A stretch of 64,000 bases of DNA, from assembly GCA_963663225.1 (NCBI GenBank), contig OY760142.1:2560001-2624000 (forward strand). Direction: 5' to 3'. Positions 49,632-58,058 of this stretch are shown piece after piece (within the stretch, counting starts at the first letter, position 1; each line of letters begins with the position of its first letter). The notes beneath the pieces are model-generated. The model made no database searches, had not been told where the DNA came from, and worked only from the letters and a program-made list of their open reading frames with translations. The translations under genes were made by a program, and so were the position numbers. This DNA comes from Nitrospirota bacterium. GTDB lineage: Bacteria; Nitrospirota; UBA9217.

Positions 49632-50864
49632 ATGCTAGTTGAAAAACCGAAAATCTACCCTATAGAAGAGTTTATTATCAATTTTGAAAATGTCCGTAAT
49701 CGGGAGAATATTTTTATTTCCGGAGATGATCAAGTCTTCGAGCAGCTTAAAAAAAATGGTTTCCCTGCTGTTACAACGGCCTTTACGGATTTAAATGGTG
49801 ACAAGGAATGGAAAGAAAAGTTTAACAATTATTTTATCGGTAAGGGAGTTTTCATTGTTCCAGGCGATGAACCTAATTATGCTAAGACGGTAGCTAATAA
49901 TCTTTATGGTCTTGCAAAGGGAATCAAGATACTTGATGTTGATGATGCTGAAGACAAAGAGGTGATTAAAGCATTGTCGATATCTACCCTGAATTGGAAA
50001 CCAGCAGGTGAGGATAAAACGGCTATTCCTGAAGCCTCAGAGGATAAAAAGGAGCCACCAGCGTCAGCAGATGTTGAGGATAGCGCCAGTCCACAGCTTA
50101 AAGATGGCTACACCAGGTTAGCAAATGAAATTTTAGACGCATTCGCCATGACTAAGCTTAGCGGTTATGGATTTCGCATTATCGCGGCTGTTGTCAGAAA
50201 AACATATGGATATAGAAAGAAAACGGATTGGATATCAAATAGTCAATTTGTCAAGATGACAGGAATATTAAAACCGCATGTCTCCCGGACTGTTAAAGAG
50301 CTCTGCACTAGAAATATACTGATACGGGATGGTTACAAGGTCGGTCTTCAGAAAGACTATAAACAATGGCTGTTACCAAAATCGGTAACTCTTAAAAAGA
50401 CGAAGTTGCCTAAAAAGGTAACAGTTACCGAAAATGGTAACTCAAAAAAAGGAAAGGGAGTAGAGTTACCGAAAATGGATAAAAAGTTACCATCGGCGGG
50501 GCACACAAAAGAAACTATACAAAAGAAAAAAGATTGCGTTTCGCCTAAAGGCTCACCGCCTTCTAGTCCTGACAGTAAAAGGAAATTAGTAAATCCCGGG
50601 GTCAAACAGATTGTCGATCACTTTTACAACCTATGCCAAGAGAGAAAAGGCTTTGCGCCTAGGATTACCGTGAAAGATGGAAAGCTGGTAAAGAATGTTC
50701 TGGCAGAGATGTCATTGAATGAGGTTCGAGCGTGCATTGATTTTTTCTTGAAACATCCAAAATCCGAGGAACACACCACTTTGGCGGCAGCGGTATCAGC
50801 GGATACGATTAATCTTTATCTCAAGAGCAAAGCACGGAAAGAATCAGAGGGTATTTTTCTATGA
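49632..50864 (+). CDS. Replication initiator: degenerate Toprim-like domain fused to lambda O-type domain
   Basis: DGYTRLANEILDA...RKTYGYRKKTDWISNSQF O-family motif; N-terminal Toprim-like segment. Confidence 0.8.
   Translation: MLVEKPKIYPIEEFIINFENVRNRENIFISGDDQVFEQLKKNGFPAVTTAFTDLNGDKEWKEKFNNYFIGKGVFIVPGDEPNYAKTVANNLYGLAKGIKILDVDDAEDKEVIKALSISTLNWKPAGEDKTAIPEASEDKKEPPASADVEDSASPQLKDGYTRLANEILDAFAMTKLSGYGFRIIAAVVRKTYGYRKKTDWISNSQFVKMTGILKPHVSRTVKELCTRNILIRDGYKVGLQKDYKQWLLPKSVTLKKTKLPKKVTVTENGNSKKGKGVELPKMDKKLPSAGHTKETIQKKKDCVSPKGSPPSSPDSKRKLVNPGVKQIVDHFYNLCQERKGFAPRITVKDGKLVKNVLAEMSLNEVRACIDFFLKHPKSEEHTTLAAAVSADTINLYLKSKARKESEGIFL
50372..50533. repeat. Iteron array plus A-rich tract: intragenic lambda-type origin
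   Basis: GTTACC-N6-GGTAAC variants at 50372, 50405, 50424, 50465, half site 50486, then A-rich run. Confidence 0.8.
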
Positions 50865-51754
50865 GCGATGAATGGGACGTACTGGCCGAGGAAATTAAAA
50901 ATAATGACAAGGGTAGTGAAAGCAAGCTATATCGACCATCCGATGTGCGGACAATTGCCGAAGAGGTGAGAAAATGGTGGTCAGGCATTAAAGATGGCAC
51001 CATTAAATTCATAAAAGCCTTACCGCTGTTGATTGATTATCTTCCTGCGTACATTGCGGGGCACATAATTATTATTTCTGGCTATACCTCTGCTGGTAAA
51101 TCACAGCTTGTCTCCCAGATCGTTGCATGGGCTGCTGGCGTAGAAAACAGCCCGGTGCTACTAATTAGCGTCGAGGATTCCCGTATGGAGAAGCTAATTT
51201 CTTTAGTTTCTGTCCTAACGGAGAAGGTACACAGGAAAAAAATGCTCCTGGGCAATATCGAGGATGATAAAGAGAAAATCGAAGCCGCTATGGAAAACAT
51301 CTCTTATTGGCCACTCCATATTTACGATGATGTCTATACCTTGGATGAAATAGAGCTATTAATACAAAAGCACAAACCTAAGTTACTGGTGATTGATTAC
51401 GTTCAAAATCTGGTGGTTAATAAAGAGGGTATATACGAGCGGATGTCATATGTGGCGCAAAGAATACAAAAGATGGCGGTTGAATATAATCTAACAATTA
51501 TTGCAGCCTCGCAGGTATCAAACGAGGGCGCTAAAAATGATAGCGAGGTGATAAGTCTTAAAGGTGCCGGTGAACTGGCAGCCGTGGCTCATACGGTAAT
51601 ACAACTTAAAAAAGGAAGGGAGGAGAAAAATAGACATCAGGTCAAAATACAGATAAAGAAGAACAAGGCATTCGGGAATTGTGGGGAAGTGGAAGGTGAA
51701 TTTAACGAGTATTGGACAATTATTCAAAAAGCAGGTGACAGATGGAGTGTTTAG
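50861..51754 (+). CDS. DnaB-like (SF4) helicase, C-terminal motor domain only
   Basis: Walker A SGYTSAGKS, ISVED, IDYVQ, ASQV, KKNK. Confidence 0.85.
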   Translation: MSDEWDVLAEEIKNNDKGSESKLYRPSDVRTIAEEVRKWWSGIKDGTIKFIKALPLLIDYLPAYIAGHIIIISGYTSAGKSQLVSQIVAWAAGVENSPVLLISVEDSRMEKLISLVSVLTEKVHRKKMLLGNIEDDKEKIEAAMENISYWPLHIYDDVYTLDEIELLIQKHKPKLLVIDYVQNLVVNKEGIYERMSYVAQRIQKMAVEYNLTIIAASQVSNEGAKNDSEVISLKGAGELAAVAHTVIQLKKGREEKNRHQVKIQIKKNKAFGNCGEVEGEFNEYWTIIQKAGDRWSV

Positions 51755-52275
51755 CAGAGACCAAGAGTACGCAAGAGAATATAAGAGATCACATTGTTGA
51801 GATGGGTGCAGCTGGTAGGTTAATGAGATCGCGGGCAGTCGAAGAACAGATAAAGGATATTGAGCAGGAACTTAGAGAAAGACGCGAACGGCTGAATGTT
51901 CAGGAAGAAGGAGTAGGTAAAAAATTAAATGAAAAATCAATACTGGCCCTTATCGCGCAGCGGAAGAAACTGTTACGTGAATTTGATTATGCGTTGTCCT
52001 GTTTGATAATGACTGCAACCAAGACCGATAACAGCGGGGTGAGTCGTGAAGAGATAGATCGGGCAAGAACCTATCCTATAGAATCATTAATAGAAGTGAG
52101 GCGGGATAAGATGGCCCGATGTGTGAGCGGTCAGCACTCAGACAACAGCCCATCTATGGATACGAGAAATAACTTTTGTTACTGCTACTCGTGTGGATGG
52201 ACAGGTGATGTTATTACCGTTTATCAAAAACTATACGGAGTAACATTTCCGGAAGCTGTGAGGGCTTTACAATGA
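51742..52275 (+). CDS. Stand-alone CHC2 primase-type zinc-finger protein
   Basis: CVSGQHSDNSPSM...CYSCGWTGDVI...FPEAV. Confidence 0.82.
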   Translation: MECLAETKSTQENIRDHIVEMGAAGRLMRSRAVEEQIKDIEQELRERRERLNVQEEGVGKKLNEKSILALIAQRKKLLREFDYALSCLIMTATKTDNSGVSREEIDRARTYPIESLIEVRRDKMARCVSGQHSDNSPSMDTRNNFCYCYSCGWTGDVITVYQKLYGVTFPEAVRALQ

Positions 52276-52451
52276 TGACCTTTAAAAGTACCGCATGGGA
52301 TTACCATATTCAGTGTCTACTAAAAGTTCAGAATAATCTTCTGAAGGTTAAGGCCAGTTGTTTTGAACTCCCGGACAGGGCGGCTTATGAGATTCAATCG
52401 GTAATGGATAAAATACCGGCAATTATCGAGATGATTGAAAAAGATAATTAA
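52272..52451 (+). CDS. 59-aa hypothetical protein missing from the ORF track
   Basis: ATGA overlap with the CHC2 stop; open to TAA 52449-52451. Confidence 0.5.
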   Translation: MMTFKSTAWDYHIQCLLKVQNNLLKVKASCFELPDRAAYEIQSVMDKIPAIIEMIEKDN

Positions 52452-52499
52452 ATGATAGTAACGGGAACGAGGATAAGAAGTTTAAGGAGATTTGAATAG

Positions 52500-52769
52500 G
52501 TGAAGCTAGAGCTAGAACAGGAAGATATAGATAGCTTAACTTTAAGGATAACACAGGAAGTTATAAAAGGCTTGCTCCCTACCTTGTTGAGTCAAGATCA
52601 AGCAGGGGATACTATCTATACTGTTGAAGCTTTAGCTAAATACCTGCAAACAACCCCTAAATGGGTTTATAATCATATCCATGAGTTGCCGCATTTTAAA
52701 AAAGAGGGACTGATTCGATTTAGAAAGAGTGATATAGATAAACTTTTTGAAGAGAAAAATTTGCGTTAA
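52500..52769 (+). CDS. Excisionase-like HTH (HTH_17) protein
   Basis: YTVEALAKYLQTTPKWVY...LPHFK..GLIRFRKSDID. Confidence 0.82.
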   Translation: MKLELEQEDIDSLTLRITQEVIKGLLPTLLSQDQAGDTIYTVEALAKYLQTTPKWVYNHIHELPHFKKEGLIRFRKSDIDKLFEEKNLR

Positions 52770-52796
52770 TCTAATTCATATTACAGAGGAAAATTA

Positions 52797-53084
52797 CTAG
52801 AAGTGGAACGGGAAAATTGAAAAAAGTAGCTGTAATAGAGTTAATAGCACTCCAACGATTGCAGCCCCGGCTGCTATTCTACTCCAGAAAATTGATTTCC
52901 TAAACTGCGTTGTTGTTGAGATTTTATCTGCTTTTTCTCTTTTGGCGAGCTCTGATAATATTGTTTTATAAGTGGGATGCATGTGGCCATATAGTGGAAG
53001 CATATGCAGTAGCTCAGTCTGGGAGAGTTTAGATAAGTCTAGATTATTAGACATATTACATCCCTTTTGCTTCAATCTACTCAA
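52797..53084 (-). CDS. Small hypothetical protein with C-terminal TM helix
   Basis: ORF; hydrophobic C terminus. Confidence 0.55.
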   Translation of the reverse strand: MSRLKQKGCNMSNNLDLSKLSQTELLHMLPLYGHMHPTYKTILSELAKREKADKISTTTQFRKSIFWSRIAAGAAIVGVLLTLLQLLFSIFPFHF

Positions 53085-53782
53085 TTGAGTGGCTTGAAAT
53101 TCGATACTGAAAATTTATTTTCGTTTGTTACATTAACTGTAATCTGGGCTTTATATGGTAAACAACTGCCTTCTGCTCGTACAGTTAATACATGGTTGCC
53201 CGGAGGTATCAGGCGGTGACCTTTTGCATACGTGAGGGCGGGACGTATAAAAATAGGGTCGATAGCATAACCTGTGTTTATTGGTATGCCTTCAATAACA
53301 TCTACCCATACTGTTGATCTAGCGGATATATCGAATGTAGAATTTTTATACTCCATAACTCTTAAACTATGATCGGGGAGGAAATCATTCCATGATTGTG
53401 ATTCAACTGATTCCAAAACAACACGAGTCCCTTTCACGGTAACATTACTATCATTAATGACAGCAAGACGATATAAGTCATTCTCTTTTTGGTATTCAGG
53501 TCTAATCATGGTGCCCTTGTAATCTAGTCTCAGTTTAGGTTTAGCTTCTTCTTCTAGCTTGATGCATCGCTTATTTTCATCTTCCCATTTGTTATGTTCA
53601 TCAAGCCATGTGTAATAGGAAGCGATAATGATCACGGCAAGGGTTATAAAACTAAAAATTTCCCAAGGGAGTGCTTTTTCACTCATATGCTCATAGATGG
53701 TAATTAGAACGATTCCGATTCCACCACTAAGGAAAGATACCCAGTGGCGAAATAGGTTTTTTGTAAATATCACTATATTCAT
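53081..53782 (-). CDS. Hypothetical membrane protein (2 N-terminal TM helices + beta-rich domain)
   Basis: GGAGG RBS; two TM helices, coiled coil. Confidence 0.7.
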   Translation of the reverse strand: MNIVIFTKNLFRHWVSFLSGGIGIVLITIYEHMSEKALPWEIFSFITLAVIIIASYYTWLDEHNKWEDENKRCIKLEEEAKPKLRLDYKGTMIRPEYQKENDLYRLAVINDSNVTVKGTRVVLESVESQSWNDFLPDHSLRVMEYKNSTFDISARSTVWVDVIEGIPINTGYAIDPIFIRPALTYAKGHRLIPPGNHVLTVRAEGSCLPYKAQITVNVTNENKFSVSNFKPLN

Positions 53783-53845
53783 AATATTATTCCCTCCTAG
53801 GTAAGTATAGTCAAAATATAGATTACGGTAAAGAAAAAAACAAGC

Positions 53846-53874
53846 TTTAAAATAGGGTTAAAATACCCTATAAT
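53846..53874 (+). promoter_or_regulatory. Promoter with overlapping palindromic operator for the phd-int unit
   Basis: TTTAAA-N17-TATAAT; ATAGGGT-N6-ACCCTAT at 53852-53871. Confidence 0.55.
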
Positions 53875-53901
53875 TGCTTTAGGCGGAAAGGAGGTGAATA
53901 G

Positions 53902-54207
53902 ATGACCGGCGTTAAATTTGTTACTGTGTCAGACATTGATAGGAGGGCAACGTCGATAGTCACTGAGGTAGAGCACGGTAATCTTAAGGTAGCAATTACA
54001 AAAAATGGTTATCCTGTTGCTCTTCTTCAAAAATCAACTGGTACAGAAACAGGCCGGAGAGAGACGGTATCCAACCTGAAAAACCATGCAGCACAGATCA
54101 TATCGGAGCTTGTAAGTACAGGGAAGAAGATAATCATTACCAAGGATACCGAGCCTGTAGTAGTGATTCAGAAGATTTCGGATACAGTTTTTAGCATCGA
54201 GGAATGA
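53902..54207 (+). CDS. Tandem Phd/YefM-domain protein (no cognate toxin)
   Basis: Two repeats TVSDI...VAITKNGYPVALL and TVSNL...IIITKDTEPVVVI. Confidence 0.7.
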   Translation: MTGVKFVTVSDIDRRATSIVTEVEHGNLKVAITKNGYPVALLQKSTGTETGRRETVSNLKNHAAQIISELVSTGKKIIITKDTEPVVVIQKISDTVFSIEE

Positions 54208-54228
54208 AAACGAGAAAGGAGGGAACCG

Positions 54229-55446
54229 ATGGCAAAATATCGCGGAGTTTATAAGCGTGGCGGGGTTTGGTGGTATCGCTATCCAGATCACTTAGGGAAG
54301 ATGATTAGAAAATCGTCTTTCTCTGTCAGGCAGTCGGATGCAGTAGACGCAAGAGCTAAAGCGGTAGCAGCCATACGGGAAGGTAAGGAGCCGGAAGAGA
54401 CAAAGAAGATAGCCACATATACCTTCAATGATCTTGCGGAGAAGTATTCTGCTTGGATCGAAGGTCGGCAAGCCTCTTCAGAAGTAAAGGGATATATTAT
54501 TAACAGGCTCAAAGAACGCTTAATTTTGTTGTCTGGTGAGACTGGTAATCCTATTTATGTAAAGCTTGGGCCTCTTCCCTTGCGACGATTTAACACTTAC
54601 CTGATTGAACAACTACAGAGTGACCTTAAAAAGAAAGGCCTAAGCAAACCAAAAACTGACAAGAACGGTAAGATTATAGAAGCGGGGCCGCTTCAAGACT
54701 CAAGCTCTAACAGAATCCTGAACACCTTGAAGCATATGTTCACAAAAGCCGTAGAATGGGAGATGGTAGAAGAAACGATCTTAAAGAAAATACGTAAGGT
54801 CAAATTACCGAAAGAAGTTGGAAGGCTACGGTATCTGTCCGCTAAGGAAGCCCAAGCCCTTGTAAGTGTATGTGACGATCATTTAAAGCCTATAGTGATT
54901 ACTGCTCTCCATACAGGAATGAGGAAAGGGGAGATACTAGGTCTTAAATGGGACAACTTAGACTTGGAGCATGGGTTTATTCTCCTGGATAAAACGAAAA
55001 ATGGGGAGCGGCGAGAAATACCGATTAATAAGACGCTCAGAGAAGTATTTAATAAATTGCCCAGACGTTTTACAGGAGAAGGAGAAGACAGGCAGCTTAT
55101 ACCGTATGTATTTCACAATGTAAGAACTCTAAATTTTTACGGTAATGTGAAACGGAGCTTCAAGACAGCTGCTAAAACCGCAGGGCTAACAGACTTGCAT
55201 TTTCATGATCTGAGGCACACCTATGCTAGCCTTGCTATGATGAGTGGTAAAATAGACATTGCCACGCTGTCGAAGCTCTTAGGTCATAAAAATTTGAAGA
55301 TGACGATGAAGTATGCTCACCTCGCACCAACACACCTCACCAAAGCAGCCCACGTCATGGATGAAGTATACGACCTCTCAACTAGCACAAAACTGACACA
55401 GTCAGCCCATTTAGAAACAAAAAAGGAGTTAGCCTATGTTAGCTAA
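54229..55446 (+). CDS. int: Tyrosine recombinase / phage integrase
   Basis: N-terminal arm-binding-like region; TGMRKGE, KTKNG, FHDLRH, LGH...KYAH catalytic residues intact; adjacent to att. Confidence 0.95.
   Translation: MAKYRGVYKRGGVWWYRYPDHLGKMIRKSSFSVRQSDAVDARAKAVAAIREGKEPEETKKIATYTFNDLAEKYSAWIEGRQASSEVKGYIINRLKERLILLSGETGNPIYVKLGPLPLRRFNTYLIEQLQSDLKKKGLSKPKTDKNGKIIEAGPLQDSSSNRILNTLKHMFTKAVEWEMVEETILKKIRKVKLPKEVGRLRYLSAKEAQALVSVCDDHLKPIVITALHTGMRKGEILGLKWDNLDLEHGFILLDKTKNGERREIPINKTLREVFNKLPRRFTGEGEDRQLIPYVFHNVRTLNFYGNVKRSFKTAAKTAGLTDLHFHDLRHTYASLAMMSGKIDIATLSKLLGHKNLKMTMKYAHLAPTHLTKAAHVMDEVYDLSTSTKLTQSAHLETKKELAYVS
55381..55400 (+). repeat. Putative integrase arm-type sites (right arm)
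   Basis: ACTAGCACA and ACTGACACA at 11-bp period. Confidence 0.6.
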
Positions 55447-55450
55447 CCCC
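55419..55450 (-). terminator. Element-encoded intrinsic terminator directly after tRNA-Gly
   Basis: Minus strand GGGGTTAGC-N8-GCTAACTCC-TTTTTT. Confidence 0.75.
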
Positions 55451-55460
55451 TTGTTTATAA

Positions 55461-55506
55461 ATGGAGCGGGTGGCGGGACTCGAACCCGTGACCCCAACCT
55501 TGGCAA
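55461..55506 (-). repeat. Right attachment site (3' half of the intact tRNA-Gly)
   Basis: 46 bp identical to 39700-39745. Confidence 0.97.
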
Positions 55507-55537
55507 GGTTGTGCTCTACCAACTGAGCTACACCCGC
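55462..55537 (-). tRNA. tRNA-Gly(GCC)
   Basis: 76 nt GCGGGTG...CACCCGC-T-CCA, anticodon loop TTGCCAA, T-loop TTCGAGT. Confidence 0.96.
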
Positions 55538-55570
55538 AGTAGAAAAAATATGATACGCTTTGGACGATGA

Positions 55571-55599
55571 AATATAACAAAGTGGTATTTTCTTGTCAA
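55571..55599 (-). promoter_or_regulatory. Host promoter of tRNA-Gly
   Basis: Minus strand TTGACA-N17-TATATT with extended TG. Confidence 0.7.
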
Positions 55600-55733
55600 C
55601 CAAAAACTGTCGTATGTAATTATAATTCCTGAACATCCGTTCTGCCCGATTTACTTGACGGAGTAGGGTAAGTGTGGTAATTTATTATCAAATACTTCTC
55701 AAAGATAAATATTTATGGAGGGAACTATTTCCT

Positions 55734-56585
55734 ATGAATACTGTAAAAACAGTTGGTTTAATGGTTTTTATGACATTACTGCTGATGCTGGTCGGGAGTG
55801 CTCTTGGCGGCAGAAGCGGCATGATAATTGCTTTTGGTATGGCAGTGGTCATGAACTTTGGAACCTACTGGTTTAGTGATAAGATTGTCCTCCGCATGTA
55901 TGGAGCTCAGCCGGTGAGTGAAGCGGAAGCTCCAGAACTGTATTCGATAGTGCGAACATTGGTCCAGAAGGCCGGTTTGCCCATGCCGAAGGTCTATATC
56001 ATTCCGGAAGAGACGCCAAATGCTTTTGCAACTGGAAGAAATCCCGAGCATGCAGTGGTTGCGGTCACGCATGGAATAATGCGGATATTATCCCGGGAAG
56101 AGCTTGCCGGTGTTGTTGCTCATGAACTCGCCCACATAAAACACCGCGATATGCTTACCGGCACCATTGTGGCGACCATTGCAGGGGCTATCAGCATGCT
56201 TGCTCAGATGGCGCAGTGGGCAATGATCTTCGGCGGCCGGCGGGATGACAATGAAGAGGGCACAAGCCCGGTGGTGGGAATCGTGATGATGATTGTGGCT
56301 CCTATTGCTGCGATGCTTGTTCAGATGGCAATATCGCGTACGCGCGAATATGAGGCCGACAAAGGTGGCGCGCAAATCGCCGGAAATCCTGGTGGACTTG
56401 CAAATGCACTCCTAAAACTGGAGAGAGGATCGCAAATTGTACCGATGACGGATGCGAAACCTGCCACGGCACATATGTTTATCGTCAATCCTCTCACAGG
56501 CGGCGGTTTGATGAACCTGTTCAGTACTCATCCTCCGATTGCGGAGAGAGTGAAACGGTTGAATGAAATGGTGCGGGGAAGATAA
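55734..56585 (+). CDS. htpX: Zinc metalloprotease HtpX
   Basis: [30 protein letters not shown]. Confidence 0.96.
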   Translation: MNTVKTVGLMVFMTLLLMLVGSALGGRSGMIIAFGMAVVMNFGTYWFSDKIVLRMYGAQPVSEAEAPELYSIVRTLVQKAGLPMPKVYIIPEETPNAFATGRNPEHAVVAVTHGIMRILSREELAGVVAHELAHIKHRDMLTGTIVATIAGAISMLAQMAQWAMIFGGRRDDNEEGTSPVVGIVMMIVAPIAAMLVQMAISRTREYEADKGGAQIAGNPGGLANALLKLERGSQIVPMTDAKPATAHMFIVNPLTGGGLMNLFSTHPPIAERVKRLNEMVRGR

Positions 56586-56624
56586 CAGATAACTCTGTGA
56601 AGTGTATTACAATCAGATCAACAG

Positions 56625-56659
56625 AAGCCCGCCTTCCTTGTTGGGGAGGCGGGCTTTTT
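56625..56659. terminator. Intrinsic terminator between htpX and the NUDIX gene
   Basis: AAGCCCGCCTTCC...GGGAGGCGGGCTTTTT. Confidence 0.8.
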
Positions 56660-56660
56660 A

Positions 56661-57224
56661 TTAAACTGAATTATGCTGTTTATTGAGTGTTTTTTTTGCC
56701 AATTCAATGAGACCAAAGACTTTCAAATCTACGAGCATTCCCTGAAGCTGTTCATTTCTAAGGTATGCGAGAGCGTGCTCAAGCGGAGCCTCGATAACTT
56801 CAATGATTTCATTGTCATCGCCGCCGTTTTTTCCTATATGTTCAAGATCGGTACATAAGTAGGCCCTGAGCGCTTCAGTTGACGCTCCTGTAGAAATAGG
56901 TCCTTCGGCCAAAAATTCAAGTTTTTTCGCACTCCAGCCGGTTTCTTCAATTAATTCACGCCGCGCAGCATCTTCCATTGATTCGCCAGGCTCGACAAGC
57001 CCGGCAGGAAGTTCAATGACTTCACGTCCAAGTGGCGGCCTAAACTGTTTTTCGAGCAGGATATTGCCGGCAGGAGTCACAGCCACCATGACAACAATGC
57101 CGGAGATACCTATCCGTTCAAGCGCTTCCCATGTACGGACGGCGCCGTGAGCATCGCGGTAGGTTATCTCCACTGCGCTCATGAAACTGCCTTTCCATAC
57201 TGTTTTTCTGCGAATGATTTCCAT
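56661..57224 (-). CDS. NUDIX hydrolase (ADP-ribose pyrophosphatase-like)
   Basis: KQFRPP, ELPAGLVEPGESMEDAARRELIEETG Nudix box. Confidence 0.9.
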   Translation of the reverse strand: MEIIRRKTVWKGSFMSAVEITYRDAHGAVRTWEALERIGISGIVVMVAVTPAGNILLEKQFRPPLGREVIELPAGLVEPGESMEDAARRELIEETGWSAKKLEFLAEGPISTGASTEALRAYLCTDLEHIGKNGGDDNEIIEVIEAPLEHALAYLRNEQLQGMLVDLKVFGLIELAKKTLNKQHNSV

Positions 57225-57257
57225 CAATAGATCTTGTGCAGTGCTTTGCAATATGAT

Positions 57258-57872
57258 TCACAACCACTTTTTCATATCCAGGGTCAGGGCAGCAGGGATG
57301 ATAGTATCAACCTCGCGAACCCGTTTGCGTCCAGCCTTTGTAAACATTTTCTTGAGCAGAACATCTTCCTCTTTGTAATTGCTGAGTATATCAAAATCCG
57401 AGTCAGGAATATCACGTTTGAAGTATCCGCAACCCTCAAGCCGTACGGCACGACGATGGCCGCGGATTGTGGGGCCAAAGAGGCGGCAGATATGAGGCCT
57501 GTGTTTATAGATTAAACAAGCGCCTTTGTCATCAAGTGCCGGACAGCTCATTTTGGCTGATCTGCGAGAAATCGAATCGATGGACGCGAGCGTTTTAAGA
57601 AGCGGATCCTTGCGTGAGAATGCGCCTTTTTTTTCGAGAGCATCGAGCTGCTCGTTTGCTTTTGCAATAATTTTGCTTCTTATTGCGGATGGAACCTGCT
57701 TTAAGCTTGCTCGGAGATGGAGCGCATCGAGCAGAGTGATATCAAAAAAACCGGATGCGCAGCATTCATAACAGCCTTTTTTGCACTTTACGGAATGTTT
57801 TTTTGCCGCAGTGGTAAGCTGATCCGTGGTTTTTTCAAGAAAATGAGAATACTTCTTAACGATTTTATTCAA
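57258..57872 (-). CDS. YkgJ family cysteine-cluster protein
   Basis: CKKGCYECC, CPALD...CLIYKHRPHICR. Confidence 0.87.
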   Translation of the reverse strand: MNKIVKKYSHFLEKTTDQLTTAAKKHSVKCKKGCYECCASGFFDITLLDALHLRASLKQVPSAIRSKIIAKANEQLDALEKKGAFSRKDPLLKTLASIDSISRRSAKMSCPALDDKGACLIYKHRPHICRLFGPTIRGHRRAVRLEGCGYFKRDIPDSDFDILSNYKEEDVLLKKMFTKAGRKRVREVDTIIPAALTLDMKKWL

Positions 57873-57974
57873 TTGATAATGCCGCCTTTCATAAAGCAGC
57901 GTGATTATACGGTTTTCTCAAGTCATTTGTCAACATGAGGTTGAAAGAGAAGATTGAAAGGGAAGTGATATGAT

Positions 57975-58011
57975 AAGAAAAGGAGGAGCAAATGTTGCTC
58001 CTCCTTTTCTT
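57975..58011 (-). terminator. Intrinsic terminator after the ECF module
   Basis: AAGAAAAGGAGGAGCAA...TTGCTCCTCCTTTTCTT. Confidence 0.8.
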
Positions 58012-58058
58012 CTTGAAGTTACAAGTGTTCGTAATCTGTTTGCTCAGCATTATTCTGA

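Larger units (their letters stand above)
39700..55506. mobile_element. tRNA-Gly-integrated phage-satellite-like (PICI-like) element, 15,761 bp unit length
   Basis: Perfect att repeats, integrase, Xis-like HTH, phage replication module, TerS-like gene, visibly AT-richer than flanks, no recognisable capsid/tail/conjugation genes. Confidence 0.88.

Noticed and set aside
50372-50503. CRISPR-like array
   Set aside because: Repeats are 18 bp, irregularly spaced, inside a CDS, without unique spacers or cas genes; no CRISPR array seen anywhere in the window
53902-54207. Type II toxin-antitoxin module
   Set aside because: No adjacent Doc/RelE/VapC toxin; the next gene is the integrase
39700-55506. 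Complete prophage or ICE
   Set aside because: No recognisable TerL, portal, capsid, tail, lysis, relaxase or T4SS genes in 15.8 kb
55462-55537. tRNA-Gly damaged by integration (A-C mismatch at the base of the T stem)
   Set aside because: The mismatch is identical in both att copies, so it predates integration; the rest of the cloverleaf is canonical
55439-55636. 65-aa ORF from the ORF track
   Set aside because: Overlaps tRNA-Gly; spurious translation
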